A DNA stretch of 64,000 bases from an uncultured Gemmatimonadales bacterium (GCA_963844035.1 CAWJMT010000003.1:128001-192000); one strand, 5' to 3'; positions 34,998 to 46,122 are shown, counted from the first letter of the stretch. Notes: a model not told the origin generated them from the letters alone. A program made the numbers and translations.

Positions 34998-36295
34998 TGC
35001 GCCCGCTGCTGCTCCGGGGCGGGCGGGTGATCGACCCGAGCCGCGGTCTCGATCAGACCGCGGATCTTCTGATTCAGGACGGCAAGATCGCCGCCGTCGG
35101 CGCCGGCGTAGGCACGCCCGACGGCGCGGAGGTGCGCGACGTGCGGGGCGCGATCGTCGCTCCGGGTCTGGTGGACCTGCACGTGCATCTGCGCGAGCCC
35201 GGCAACGAAGACGTCGAGACGATCGCCACCGGCGCGCGCGCCGCCGCCGCCGGCGGCTTCACGGCGGTCTGCGCCATGCCCAACACGGATCCCGTCACCG
35301 ACAACCAGGCGGCGGTGGGATTCATCGTCCGGCAGTCGCAGCGCGCCGGCGCAGCGCGTGTCCATCCCATCGGGGCAATCTCGGTGGGTGAGAAGGGCGA
35401 GCAGCTGGCCGAATTCGGAGAGCTGGTGGGCGCCGGTGCGGTGGCCGTCTCGGATGACGGCCGGCCGGTGGTCTCGGGCCACCTGATGCGCACCGCGCTC
35501 GAATACGCCCGCACGTTCGGCATCCCGGTGGCGGACCATTGCGAGGAGCCGACGCTGGCGAGCGGGGGCGTGATGCACGAGGGCCAAGTGGCCACCCGGC
35601 TGGGTCTGAAAGGGATACCCGCGGCGGCGGAGGAGATCATGGTGGCGCGCGACGTGCTGCTTGCCGAGCTGGTGGGCGGGCGCATCCACCTGTGCCACAT
35701 GTCCACGCGCGGCTCCGTCGAGCTGATCCGCCGCGCCAAGGAACGCGGCGTCCAGGTGACGGCCGAGGTGACGCCGCACCATTTCACGCTCACCGAGCAC
35801 GCCTGCGAAGGGTACGACACCAACGCGAAGATGAACCCGCCGCTGCGCGAAGCGGCCGATCTGGCGGCGCTGCGCGCCGGGCTCAAGGAGGGTGTAATCG
35901 ACTGCATCGCTTCGGACCACGCGCCGCACGCGTACGACGCGAAGGAAGCGGCGTTCGACGACGCGCCCTTCGGTATCGTCGGGCTCGAGACCGCGTTCGG
36001 CCTCGCGTACTCCGAGCTGGTGCAGGGCAAGGTGCTCACGTTGCCCGAGCTGATCGCGCGCATGAGCACGATTCCGGCTCGCGCCTTCCGCCTGTCCGGG
36101 GGCACGCTGCAGCCCGGCGCGGCGGCGGATATCGTGGTGCTGGACGTCGTGACGCCCTGGACGGTGGATCCGGTGCGCTTCCTGTCGAAGAGCCGGAACT
36201 CGCCGTTCAGCGGGCGGTCGCTGGTCGGGCGCGCCGTGTTGACCCTGGTCGACGGGGCAATCGTCCACGACGCGGAGGCGGCGCGCGGGCGGTGA
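34997..36295 (+). CDS. pyrC: Dihydroorotase
   Basis: PGLVDLHVHLREPG, MPNTDP, EVTPHH, KMNPPLR, SDHAPH. Confidence 0.96.
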   Translation: MRPLLLRGGRVIDPSRGLDQTADLLIQDGKIAAVGAGVGTPDGAEVRDVRGAIVAPGLVDLHVHLREPGNEDVETIATGARAAAAGGFTAVCAMPNTDPVTDNQAAVGFIVRQSQRAGAARVHPIGAISVGEKGEQLAEFGELVGAGAVAVSDDGRPVVSGHLMRTALEYARTFGIPVADHCEEPTLASGGVMHEGQVATRLGLKGIPAAAEEIMVARDVLLAELVGGRIHLCHMSTRGSVELIRRAKERGVQVTAEVTPHHFTLTEHACEGYDTNAKMNPPLREAADLAALRAGLKEGVIDCIASDHAPHAYDAKEAAFDDAPFGIVGLETAFGLAYSELVQGKVLTLPELIARMSTIPARAFRLSGGTLQPGAAADIVVLDVVTPWTVDPVRFLSKSRNSPFSGRSLVGRAVLTLVDGAIVHDAEAARGR

Positions 36296-36942
36296 AGGCT
36301 CGCGACGTCGCTCGCCGGATGGCGTTGTGCTGCCGGCAGCTGGCGGCGCGGGGATTGATTGCCGGCCAGGACGGGAACCTGTCCGTGCGACTCTCCGCCA
36401 CCCGGGTGCTCGTCACCCCGCGCGGACTCATCAAAGGGCTGCTCACGGCGTCCGACATGGTGGAAGTCGACCTGTCGGGTCGCAAGCTGGGTGGCCGCCG
36501 CAAGCCCACGACTGAATTGGACTTACACCTGCGATTCCTGAGACGTCGCCCCGACGTGGGCGCCGTCGTCCACGCGCACCCGCCCACGGCGACGGGATTT
36601 GCCGTGGCCGGAATGGGCTTTGAAAAATTCGTCCTTCCCGAGATTATCTTGTTATTCGGCCAGGTACCGCTTGTCCCTTATGGGACACCGGGGACTCCGG
36701 AGTTGGGTGATCGGGTGGAGCCCTTCATCGACGGGCACGACGGCCTGCTGCTCGCCAACCACGGCGCGGTGACCGTCGGACCTACGCTGGACGCGGCGTG
36801 GATCCGGATGGAGAGTCTGGAGCACGCGGCGCGCATTCTTTTCACCGCTCGCGCCCTGGGACGGGTGACCGAGCTCACGAACGACGCTGCGGCGCGCCTC
36901 GAAGCGAGCCGCGCGCGGGCACAACGGGAGCCGGATGCCTAA
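36292..36942 (+). CDS. Class II aldolase/adducin family protein
   Basis: DGNLSVR, TPRG, KPTTELDLH, VVHAHPP, LLANHG. Confidence 0.9.
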   Translation: MKARDVARRMALCCRQLAARGLIAGQDGNLSVRLSATRVLVTPRGLIKGLLTASDMVEVDLSGRKLGGRRKPTTELDLHLRFLRRRPDVGAVVHAHPPTATGFAVAGMGFEKFVLPEIILLFGQVPLVPYGTPGTPELGDRVEPFIDGHDGLLLANHGAVTVGPTLDAAWIRMESLEHAARILFTARALGRVTELTNDAAARLEASRARAQREPDA

Positions 36943-37709
36943 AGGGTCGTCGAAAAGCACCGCCGACATCGAGCGCCTGCTCGAGGAACGGCGGCAGTAC
37001 GAGGCCTGGATCGCGCGCCTATCGGCCGCCGATGACGCCACGCCCGCCAACGTGCGGGAGCGCGTCAAGGCGGACTACGAGGCGCGGCTGCGGGCGGTAC
37101 TGGAAGAGCTCACGTCCCACGCCGAGAGCGCCCGCCAGACGATCGACCAGAAACAGCACTTCCGGCTCGAAGTCAAAAAGCGGGAGCGCCTCGCCGCCGA
37201 GAAGGTGGCGGAGATGGAGCTGCGCCACTCGGTGGGCGAGTACGACGAGGTGACGTGGAACCAGGTGCACACGGACGCGATGGCGGAGCTGGTGACGCTG
37301 CGCGAAGAGCTGCAGGCGGTCGAGGGGGATATCGCCAAGCTGCTCGAGCTGGACAATCTCGTGCGCTCGGGGCCGAAAGCCGCCGTCGGTCAATTCCGGG
37401 AAATTCCGGACCACGGCCAAACCCAAAGAAACGCTCGACGAGCTGGCATTCATCAAGTCGGTCACCGACGACGACAAGAGCAACACGCCCTCACCCAAGC
37501 GCGCGAGCGGGGCCCAGTACCAGCCGAACGTTCCGATGACCGCGCCGACGAAGCCGACGCCCCCGGCGGTGAACCCTGCGCTCCCGACCCCACCCGCGGA
37601 CGAGGATGTGGAAGATCCCCGTCCCCTGAAGTGCAGGGACTGCGGAACGATGAACTTGCCGACGGAGTGGTACTGCGAGCAGTGCGGGGCCGAGCTCGCG
37701 GCGGTGTAA
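36935..37709 (+). CDS. Coiled-coil protein with C-terminal zinc ribbon (frameshift at about 37380-37420)
   Basis: Long coiled coil ...ELRHSVGEY...; in shifted frame LDELAFIKSV, Pro-rich linker and LKCRDCGTMNLPTEWYCEQCGAELAAV-stop(37709). Confidence 0.7.
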
Positions 37710-37712
37710 CGG

Positions 37713-37973
37713 TTACTTCTTCGCGGCGGCCTTCTTGACCAGGGCGGCGAGCCGCGACTTGTGACGCGCCGCGTTGTTGGGATGGATCAGTCCCTTGCGG
37801 GCTGCCCGGTCGAGGAGCTGCACCGCCTGCGCGTAGGCTTCGACTGCCGCGGTGCCCTCGACTGCGCGGACGCGCTTCACGGCGTTGCGCAGCTCGGAGC
37901 GCTGGCCCCGGTTGCGGATGTTGTGGGCGCGCGACTGCCGCAACGCCTTTTTCGCGGATTTGATGCGGGGCAC
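37713..37973 (-). CDS. rpsT: 30S ribosomal protein S20
   Basis: MPRIKSAKKALRQS...N...RS...LDRAARKGLIHPNNAARHKSRL. Confidence 0.97.
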   Translation of the reverse strand: MPRIKSAKKALRQSRAHNIRNRGQRSELRNAVKRVRAVEGTAAVEAYAQAVQLLDRAARKGLIHPNNAARHKSRLAALVKKAAAKK

Positions 37974-37999
37974 GAACGGTCTCCTCGAGTGAAGGCGGA

Positions 38000-38070
38000 A
38001 GCATAGACGGTAACTGCAGTGTGGTCAAGGCGGTACAACGTTGACCGTGGCACACTCGATTCATTATCTT
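38000..38070. promoter_or_regulatory. Back-to-back divergent sigma70-type promoters (rpsT and S2P-scpAB operon)
   Basis: Minus strand TTGACC(38028-38023)-17-TATGCT(38005-38000); plus strand TTGACC(38041-38046)-18-TATCTT(38065-38070). Confidence 0.55.
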
Positions 38071-38128
38071 AGGCCGTTACCGACCCTAGAGTCTTGCTAT
38101 CTCGCTCGAGTTTCTCGTCTGGGCCCCG

Positions 38129-38779
38129 GTGCTGCTGTTCTCCGTTGTGGCCCACGAATACGCGCACGCTGAGGCCGCCTACCGGCAAGGCGACGATACC
38201 GCCCATCTCCTTGGGCGGCTGACTTTGAACCCCCTGAAGCACATCGACCCGGTCATGAGCCTCATCGTGCCGTTCCTGCTGTGGCGGCTTGGGGCGCCGG
38301 TGTTCGGGGCGGCCCGGCCGGTGCCGGTGAATCCCCTGAAATACCGCAACTTCCGCCGCGGCGACATCATCGTGTCGCTGGCGGGAATTGCGACGAACTT
38401 GGGGCTCTTCGTGGTGTCCGCCGCCGTATTCGCGGCCGCCGGCCTTGCGGCACAGCTGGTCCCGGCGCTCAGCCCCTCGTTTGAGATCCTGCAGCGCATG
38501 CTGTACTACGGGATGTATCTCAATCTCATCCTGGCATTCTTCAACCTGATTCCAATTCCGCCGCTCGATGGCAGTCACGTCTTCTATCATCTGCTGCCGC
38601 CGGGCGCCGGCCTCAGATATCGCCAGCTCCAGGCGCTGGGCTTTCTCCCCATCCTGGTCGTGGCGTGGCTTTTCCCCGGGATGCTGCGCGTGCTGCTCTG
38701 GCCCGCGCTCCATCTGATGGGGGCCGGCTGGCGGCTCGTGGGCGGCTTCGCGATCTCACCGGCGGTGATTCCCACGTGA
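38129..38779 (+). CDS. Site-2 protease (M50) family membrane metalloprotease; start may be slightly upstream
   Basis: HEYAH, GRLTLNPLKHID, FNLIPIPPLDG. Confidence 0.93.
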   Translation: MLLFSVVAHEYAHAEAAYRQGDDTAHLLGRLTLNPLKHIDPVMSLIVPFLLWRLGAPVFGAARPVPVNPLKYRNFRRGDIIVSLAGIATNLGLFVVSAAVFAAAGLAAQLVPALSPSFEILQRMLYYGMYLNLILAFFNLIPIPPLDGSHVFYHLLPPGAGLRYRQLQALGFLPILVVAWLFPGMLRVLLWPALHLMGAGWRLVGGFAISPAVIPT

Positions 38780-39513
38780 CCACCTCGATCCCGATCGTGC
38801 AGGAAGGCGGCGGCTTCGTCGTCGAGCTGGAGCAATTCTCCGGCCCGCTCGACCTGCTGCTGCATCTGATCCGCGAAGACGAGGTCGACATCACCGACCT
38901 CCCGATCGCCAAGATCGCGGATCAGTTCCTGGCGGTGATCGACGAGCTGGGTCTGAACCAGGCGTCCGACTACCTCGAAATGGCCGCCCGGTTGCTGCGC
39001 ATCAAAGCCCAGATGCTGCTGCCGCGGCGCCTGGGTGACGACGACTGGGAGGACCCGCGCTCCGAGCTGGTGCGCCGCCTGCTCGAATACCAGCAGATCC
39101 GCGAGCTGGTCGACTGGCTGGCGAACGCGGCGGACCGGCGCGCCGAGCAGTTCGGCCGTGGGTTTGCGCCGCCCCCGGAGGCCGCGCCGGAGGCTCCGCT
39201 CGTGATCGAATTGAACGAGCTGCTCGCCGCAGCGGAGCGGGTGATCGCGCTGATACCGGAGCCGGTGCTGCACCGCGTCGTCCCGCGCCCGCTCGATGTC
39301 GAAGGCGCGACGGAGCGGATTCAGCAGCTGCTGGTCAGGCGCGAAGCCTTCGGCTGGCTGGACATCGTGGGTACGCGCGCGGGGATCGTCGACATTCTGT
39401 CGGCGTTCATCGCGCTCCTCGAACTGGCGCGGCGCGGTGTGCTCCGCGTGGAGCAACCCGAGCCGTTCGCCTCGATTGTGATCAGGCGTGAGTCCCCTCG
39501 CGAAGCTGTTTGA
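38776..39513 (+). CDS. scpA: Segregation and condensation protein A
   Basis: FSGPLDLLLHLI, YLEMAARLLRIKA, DPRSELVRRLLEY, FIALLEL. Confidence 0.95.
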   Translation: MTTSIPIVQEGGGFVVELEQFSGPLDLLLHLIREDEVDITDLPIAKIADQFLAVIDELGLNQASDYLEMAARLLRIKAQMLLPRRLGDDDWEDPRSELVRRLLEYQQIRELVDWLANAADRRAEQFGRGFAPPPEAAPEAPLVIELNELLAAAERVIALIPEPVLHRVVPRPLDVEGATERIQQLLVRREAFGWLDIVGTRAGIVDILSAFIALLELARRGVLRVEQPEPFASIVIRRESPREAV

Positions 39514-40036
39514 AGCGGCCCTCTTCGCGGCATCCCGCTCGCTGACCGCCGACGAGCTGGCCGCACTCGATCCGTCCGCCGGGGAAGCCGCGGTGCAAGG
39601 CGCACTCGACGAGCTGCGCCAGGCGTACGCGACGGACGATCACGGCGTGGAGCTGGTGGAAATCGCCCAGGGGTGGCAGTTCCTGACCAGGCGCGAGTAC
39701 GCCGAGACCATCGAGCGCGCCCGCATCGCGCTGCGCACCCGCCGCCTGTCCCCGGCGGCGCTCGAGACCCTGGCGATCGTTGCCTACCGGCAGCCGGTAG
39801 GCCGCCTCGAGATCGAAGAGATCCGTGGCGTCGATTCCGGCGCGGTGCTCGACAAGCTGCTCGAGCGCGGGCTGGTCGAAGTCGCCACGCGCGGGGAAGG
39901 GCTGGGCCGCCCGCTCCTGTACGGGACAACGCCGCACCTCCTCGAGGTGCTCGGGCTCAAGGATCTGGACCAGCTGCCGCGGTTGGAGGAGCTGGCGGTG
40001 GCGCTGCGTCCCCCGGCGCCGGCCGAGCCCGAATGA
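39488..40036 (+). CDS. scpB: Segregation and condensation protein B
   Basis: EAALFA, LSPAALETLAIVAYRQP, IEEIRGVD, GRPLLYGTT. Confidence 0.95.
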   Translation: MSPLAKLFEAALFAASRSLTADELAALDPSAGEAAVQGALDELRQAYATDDHGVELVEIAQGWQFLTRREYAETIERARIALRTRRLSPAALETLAIVAYRQPVGRLEIEEIRGVDSGAVLDKLLERGLVEVATRGEGLGRPLLYGTTPHLLEVLGLKDLDQLPRLEELAVALRPPAPAEPE

Positions 40037-40920
40037 CCTTGATGCGCCTGCAGCGCGCGCTGGCGCGCGCGGGCGTGACGTCGCGGCGCAAGGCGGAGGA
40101 TCTGATTCGCGCCGGCCGGGTGCGGGTGGACGGCGCCGTGGCCACGATCGGCACGAGCGTCGATCCGGTGCGCCAGAAGGTGACCGTGGACGGGCAGGCG
40201 GTGCGGCCGGTCGCGACCACATGGCTGGCATTGAACAAGCCCGTGGGGTACGTCGTGAGCCGCAGCGACCCCGAGGGCCGGCAGACGGTGTACGACCTGC
40301 TCCCCAAGCTGCCCGGCCTCACGTACGTTGGACGCTTGGACATGATGACGTCTGGCTTGCTCCTCCTCACCACCGACGGGACGGCGGCGCACCGGTTGAC
40401 GCACCCGCGCTACGCGGTGCAGCGCACCTACTGGCTGCGGGCCCACGGTCTGGGGACGCGGGCGGTGCAGGCGGCGCTGGCTCAGCCGATCGAGATCGAC
40501 GGGCGCGCGGTGCGACCGACGAACTTCCGCGTGCGCACGATGGGGCGCGGCGTGGAAATCGAGTTGACGCTCGCCGAAGGACGGCACCGGATCGTGCGCC
40601 GTCTGGCGGAAGCGTTGGGGTTGAAGGTCGAGTGGCTGCACCGCGTGTCGTATGGCCCGGTCCGGCTTGGTCGTCTCGCCGAGGGTCGCAACCGTCCCCT
40701 CACGCCCGCCGAGATCCGGGCGATCGATCGCCTGGAGGGGGAGGGGAGCGGGCGGGGAGGGGGGCAAGAAGGCGGCGCCCGCCACCGGACGGCGCGCCCG
40801 GGCCAGGCGTTGACGCGCGATGACAACGCAAACGACCGGCATGGAGCGCGCCCTCGGGGCGATCGGCACCACGTTCCGGATGACCCGGCTGTATCCGCCG
40901 ATCCATCCCGCGCTGGTTGA
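40033..40920 (+). CDS. rluB: rRNA pseudouridine synthase (RluB/RsuA family); true stop may be near 40813 if the G-rich tail carries an indel
   Basis: S4 domain MRLQRALARAGVTSRRKAE, LNKPVG, VGRLD..TSGLLLLT, EGRHRIVRR; follows scpB. Confidence 0.85.
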   Translation: MTLMRLQRALARAGVTSRRKAEDLIRAGRVRVDGAVATIGTSVDPVRQKVTVDGQAVRPVATTWLALNKPVGYVVSRSDPEGRQTVYDLLPKLPGLTYVGRLDMMTSGLLLLTTDGTAAHRLTHPRYAVQRTYWLRAHGLGTRAVQAALAQPIEIDGRAVRPTNFRVRTMGRGVEIELTLAEGRHRIVRRLAEALGLKVEWLHRVSYGPVRLGRLAEGRNRPLTPAEIRAIDRLEGEGSGRGGGQEGGARHRTARPGQALTRDDNANDRHGARPRGDRHHVPDDPAVSADPSRAG

Positions 40921-42362
40921 AGCGGTGCGCCAGGTAGGCGAAACGCTGCCGGCGCTTGGGGAGCTCGGCACCGTCGAGTGGAAGGTCGGCGCCACCGGTC
41001 TGCACTGGCAGGGTCATCACCTGCTGCCACGGAACACGCAGGTGGCGGAGCTCGCCGGATTGCTGTTCGCCCGCGGCGTCCGCTCCATTCAGGCGAGCCC
41101 GGGCGTTGTCGCGGACGACATCCTCGCGCTGTTCGGAGTGGCGACGGGCACCATCCCGCCGGACCACCGCAGCCTCGGGAAGCTCACCCTCAGCACCGGA
41201 CGGCGCACCCAGCGGCTCTCGAGGCCGACACCGACGCCCGGCGCGGGGCACACCGGCGATCGAGATCGACCCCGGCCCGCCCGCGGTGGCGGCTGCCCCA
41301 GTCCCGCCTCCCGCCGCCCCGCCGGTTCCCGAGTTCGGGCACACGACGACGGCGGAGTTTCAACCGGACACCGTTCCGGTCGACGTGGCGGTGCGGCGCA
41401 CGCTCGCGGTATTCAGTTCCGCGACCACGGCTGCGGAGCGCGCCGATGCCGTCGCCCGGCTGCAGGCGCTCACGCCGACCGTGCTCGCGCAGCGCGACAT
41501 CGGCCTGGTGGCCGAGGCCGTGGCGGCGCTCGATCAGCTGCTCGGGCGCGTGGACGATCCGGCGCTCGCGGAGGCGATCGGGACTGCCGCGGGGGCGCTG
41601 GCGGACAAGGCGCTCCTGGCCCGCATGGTGGCGCGACTCGGCGAAGCGCGGGTGACCGGCGCGGAGCGGGACGTGCTCCTGTCGGCACTCGGTGCGCTGG
41701 CGTCGGTGTCGGTCGGGGTGGTGTTGAACGCCTACCTCGCGGCGCGCGCCGACTTGAGAGAGCCGTATCGTGCGGTGATTCGGCGGGCAGGCGATCGCGC
41801 GTTGGAGCCGCTCCAGGGGCGGTTGGCGGATTCCGATCCGACGGTCGCCGCGGCGGCCGCCGAGCTGGTGGGCTTGAGCGGCGCGCCGCAGGTGATCGCG
41901 CTGCTGGTCCCGTTGCTCCGCCACGAGTCGGATTTCGTGCGCGAAGCGGCGGTGACGGGCCTGGCGGAAATCGGCGGACGGGAGATCAGCCGTCCCGTCA
42001 TGCCGGCCCTGAAGGACCCGAGCGTCGGTGTGCGGTCGGCCGCGGTGCGGGCGATCGCGGTGGCGGGTGACCTCGGCGCGACGACCGTCCTGGCGCGCCG
42101 CCTGGAGCAGGAAGACGACGAGGGGGTCATCGCGGACCTGCTTCGTGCCATCGGTCGGCTGGGGGCACCGGACGCGCTGGAAACCCTGGCGAAGTACGCC
42201 GAGCCGGGCGGGATGCTCAAGCGGCGCAGTCCAACGGTACGGGCGGCGGCGATCGAAGGCCTGGCCAGGATCACCACGCGCGAAGCGCGGGGCTTGCTGG
42301 AGCTGTACACCCATGACAAGGAGCCGACCGTGCGACGCGCGGCCGAGACGGCAATACGATGA
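40820..42362 (+). CDS. HEAT-repeat protein (frameshift near 41245)
   Basis: N-domain with RLYPPIHPAL; C-terminal HEAT repeats LADSDPTV, LLRHESDFVREAA, LKDPSVGVRSAA, DKEPTVRRAA. Confidence 0.8.
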
Positions 42363-43348
42363 CGACACAAAAGGCGGCCCCGGCCCCGGCTCCGGCTGGC
42401 GACGCGGCGCTCACGCGCACGATCACGCGGGAGGTGGCGAAGCGGGTGGTCGGCCAGGAGGTCATGGTCGAGCGCCTGCTGATCGGCCTGCTGACCGGCG
42501 GGCACGTCCTGCTCGAGGGCGTCCCCGGCCTAGCCAAAACGCTGGCTGTGCGCACCGTGGCGGAGGCGCTCCGGATCTCGTTCTCGAGGATCCAGTTCAC
42601 GCCGGATCTGCTGCCGGCGGACGTGATCGGCACCATGGTCTTCGATCAGCGCTCGCAGGAGTTCTACGCGAAGAAAGGCCCGCTGTTCGCCAACCTCGTG
42701 CTGGCCGACGAAATCAACCGCGCTCCCGCCAAGGTCCAGGCGGCGCTGCTCGAGGCGATGCAGGAGAAGCAGGTGACGCTCGGCGGCGAGACGTTTTTTC
42801 TGGGCGAGCCGTTTCTCGTCCTGGCTACACAGAACCCGATCGAGCAGGAAGGGACGTATCCCCTCCCGGAGGCGCAGCTCGACCGCTTCATGCTCAAGGT
42901 GCGCGTCGGGTATCCCAGTCGCGATGCCGAGAAGGAGATCGTGGCCCGCATGGCGGGCGGACGCCCGATCGAGGTGCAGCGCATCGCCGAAGCGGGGGAC
43001 ATCCTCGCCGCCCGTAGCGCCATCGCCGAGCTCTTTATGGACCAGAAGGTGGTCGACTACATCGTGGATGTGGTGCGCGCCACCCGCGAGCCGCAGGCGG
43101 TCGGACTTCCGGAGTTGAAGCCCCTCATCGCCTTTGGTGCGTCGCCCCGCGCGTCGATCTACCTGGCGCAGGCGTCGCGGGCGCATGCCTACCTGCGCGG
43201 CCGCTCGTACGTGGTGCCGGAGGACGTGAAGGCGATGGCGTTCGATATTCTGCGCCACCGCGTACTGCTCACCTTCGAGGCCGAGGCGGAGGACATGGAC
43301 GCCGACCGCGTCATCGCCAAGATTCTCGAGGCCGTGCGCGTGCCGTGA
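42359..43348 (+). CDS. moxR: MoxR-family AAA+ ATPase
   Basis: HVLLEGVPGLAKT, RIQFTPDLLPAD, DEINRAPAKVQAALLE, ATQNPIEQEGTYPLPEAQLDRF. Confidence 0.96.
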   Translation: MTTQKAAPAPAPAGDAALTRTITREVAKRVVGQEVMVERLLIGLLTGGHVLLEGVPGLAKTLAVRTVAEALRISFSRIQFTPDLLPADVIGTMVFDQRSQEFYAKKGPLFANLVLADEINRAPAKVQAALLEAMQEKQVTLGGETFFLGEPFLVLATQNPIEQEGTYPLPEAQLDRFMLKVRVGYPSRDAEKEIVARMAGGRPIEVQRIAEAGDILAARSAIAELFMDQKVVDYIVDVVRATREPQAVGLPELKPLIAFGASPRASIYLAQASRAHAYLRGRSYVVPEDVKAMAFDILRHRVLLTFEAEAEDMDADRVIAKILEAVRVP

Positions 43349-44286
43349 AGTACGCGGGAGAAGAACGCCGGCGTGGCCCCGTATCGCCGGCCCGCACCCG
43401 CCGGCGCACCGTCACCCCCGACGTGCTCCGGCAGGTCAAAGGGATCGAGCTTCGCACCCGCACCCTCGTCAACTCCCTGTTCACCGGCGACTACCGCTCG
43501 GTGTTCCGTGGACAGGGCATCGAGTTTGCCGAGGTACGGGAGTACCAGCACGGCGACGACTTCCGCGCCATCGACTGGAACGTATCCGCGCGGATGGGAC
43601 ATCCGTTCGTGAAGACCTACGTCGAAGAGCGCGAGCTCACCCTCCTGTTGCTCGTGGACCAGTCGGGGTCGCTGCACGTCGGCCGTCGCGCCACCAAGGC
43701 GGCGCTCGCCGTCGAGGTGGCGGCCGTGCTCGCGCTGGCCTCGGCCCGCCACAACGACCGGGTCGGCGCGCTGATGTTCTCGGACACGGTGGAATTCGTG
43801 GTGCGCCCCGCCAAAGGGCGGCCGCACGCGCTCCGGGTCATCCGCGACTTGCTCGCCTTTTCGCCGCGTGGCCGCGGGACCAACCTGGCGGAGGCCCTGC
43901 GCTACGCCACGCGCCTCTTGCGGCACCGCTCGATCGTGGCCGTGTTGTCGGACTTCCGAGCCGAGGGATGGGAGGAGCCGCTCGCGCGGCTGGCCGCGCG
44001 CCATGATGTGGTGGCGGTGACGGTGGACGACGAGCGCGAGCTCGACCTGCCGGACGCCGGCTGGGTGGACCTCCAGGATGCCGAGACGGGCGGCCGTGTG
44101 CTGCTCGATTCGAGTCACGGACCCACTCGCACGCGGTTCCGCGTCGCTGCCGAACGCCAGCTGCAGGAGCGCACGCGCAAGCTGATCCAGGCGGGCGTGG
44201 ATCGCGTGGCGCTCCAGACGCACGTGCCGTACGCCGTTCCCCTGCGCCGGGCGTTCGCCGAGCGGGCCCGCAGGCGCAAGCGATGA
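43345..44286 (+). CDS. DUF58 (VWA-like) protein
   Basis: GDYRSVFRGQGIEFAEVREY..GDD.R.IDWNV, EEREL, DQSGS, LSDF. Confidence 0.92.
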   Translation: MKYAGEERRRGPVSPARTRRRTVTPDVLRQVKGIELRTRTLVNSLFTGDYRSVFRGQGIEFAEVREYQHGDDFRAIDWNVSARMGHPFVKTYVEERELTLLLLVDQSGSLHVGRRATKAALAVEVAAVLALASARHNDRVGALMFSDTVEFVVRPAKGRPHALRVIRDLLAFSPRGRGTNLAEALRYATRLLRHRSIVAVLSDFRAEGWEEPLARLAARHDVVAVTVDDERELDLPDAGWVDLQDAETGGRVLLDSSHGPTRTRFRVAAERQLQERTRKLIQAGVDRVALQTHVPYAVPLRRAFAERARRRKR

Positions 44287-45144
44287 GGGCCGCGCGGCGC
44301 CGCGCGGCGTGGGGCGCCGCGCTGAGCGTCGTGGCATTTGCCGCGTTCCCCGGACCGGCGGCCGGACAATGGACCGTCGATCCACCCCGCCCGACGGTGG
44401 GTGACACGGTGTGGTTGGCGCGCGAAGTGACGCTACCCGCCGGATGGCGTGTGCGACCCGGGAAGCTCGACGAGGGCGACGCGATCGGATCGCTGGGCGA
44501 TGCGGCGGTGCTGTGGACACCCGGCGGGTGGCTGATTCGGTACCCCGTGGTCGCCTGGACTACCGGCGCGCATACGATCGTCCTGCCTCCTGTGTGGCGC
44601 CTGGCGCCCGACGGCCGCGCGGACTCCCTCCCGGGCGGTGCGGCTCGGTTCGACGTGCGGAGTGTGATCCCCGACAGCGTGACGCAGCCGCAGCCGCGCG
44701 GGGCCATCGCTCCGTTGCGGCCCAGCCGTCGGCACCCCGGCGTACTGTTGCTCGCGATCGCGGCCTCGGCGGCGCTGCTTGCGGGAGCGATGGCGTGGCG
44801 TCGCCGCCCAGGGCGCGCTCCCGTCCCGCCACCTCAGGTTCCACTAGAACGTGAAGTGCCCGATGCGCGCTGGCTCGCTGCCGGCGAGCCCAAAGCCGTG
44901 GCGGCCCGCGCCGCGCGCCACCTGCGAACGGCGATCGCGCGTGCGCACCCCGATGCGTTCGTGGCCCTCAGCACGACCGAGTGTCTGGCCGCGCTCAAGC
45001 ACACAGATTCCCGATATCCCCCTCCGCCAGCTCACCGAGGTCCTGACGCAGCTCGAGCGGGTCGGGTTCGCGTCGGCCCAGGGGGCGGAGGCGGCGGTGC
45101 TGGCCGAGCGCGCCCGGGCGCTGGCACGGGAGCTCGCGCCGTGA
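44283..45144 (+). CDS. Membrane protein of the MoxR-Bat operon (DUF4381/BatD-like; frameshift near 45010)
   Basis: Signal peptide, PTVGDTV, DVRSVIP, central TM, ALSTTECL, then LERVGFA in shifted frame. Confidence 0.6.
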
Positions 45145-46122
45145 GTTTCGCCCGGCCGTTTCTTCTCTTGTTGCTGGCGGCAATCCCCGCGTGGTGGTGG
45201 CTGCGCGCGCGCCGCCTCGCGCGACTGTCCGGGACGACCATGGGAGATTTACGGCCGGCGGCCGGGGCCGGGGATCGCTTGTGGGTCGCGCGCCTCCCGC
45301 TGATGCTGCGCAGCGTCTGCCTGGCGGCGTGGATCATCGCGGCGGCGGGCCTGCGGCTGGGCGCGGCGCGGGCGGAAGTGCGCACCGAGGGGATTTCGAT
45401 CGTGCTCAGTGTGGACGTGTCCAGCAGCATGCTCGCGGAGGACTTCGCGCCGTCCAACCGCATCGACGTGGCAAAACAGACGGCGATCGAGTTCGTGCGG
45501 GCGCGCAACTCGGATCGCATCGGGCGTGGTGGCGTTCGCGGCGCAGGCTCTCACCCAGGTCCCGATCACGACCGACTATCCGGTTCTCGAGGCCGCGCTG
45601 CAGGGTCTCCGGATCGGGATGCTCGAGGACGGCACGGCGATCGGAACGGGGATTGCGACCGCGGCGAATCGGCTGCGCCACGCGCCGGGGAAGACCAAGG
45701 TCCTGATTCTGCTGACCGACGGCGTGAACAACCGCGGCATCGTCGACCCGCGCACGGCCGCGCAGGCGGCGGCCGCGTTCGGCATCCGCATCTATGCGAT
45801 CGGTGTCGGCACGCGGGGTGAAGCGCCGGTGCCGACCGGGGTGGGGCCGGAGGGGATGCGGTATCAGTCGCTCCCCGTCGAGATCGACGAGCCGCTGTTG
45901 ACGGAGATCGCGACGATGACCGGAGGGCGCTACTTCCGCGCCACCGACTCGCAGTCGCTGAAGCAGATCTTCGGGGAGATCGACCGGCTCGAGAAGAGCA
46001 CCGTCCAGCGCGTTATCTACCGTCGGTTCGACGAGGCGTTTCGCTGGCCGCTGGGTCTCGGGCTGCTGGTGCTCGCTCTCGAGATCGTGCTGTCGGCGAC
46101 CTTCGCGGTGCGGGTGCCGTGA
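45141..46122 (+). CDS. batA: BatA-like VWA domain protein (frameshift near 45522)
   Basis: SFARP..LLLL N-terminus, MIDAS DVSSSM, PSNRI, DRIG/VVAFA, GTAIG, ILLTDGVNN, TGGRYFRA. Confidence 0.85.

Noticed and set aside
40735..40765. G-rich tract at the rluB 3' end as a further heptamer array or G-quadruplex
   Set aside because: Periodicity is unclear and the tract is a likely site of sequencing indels.
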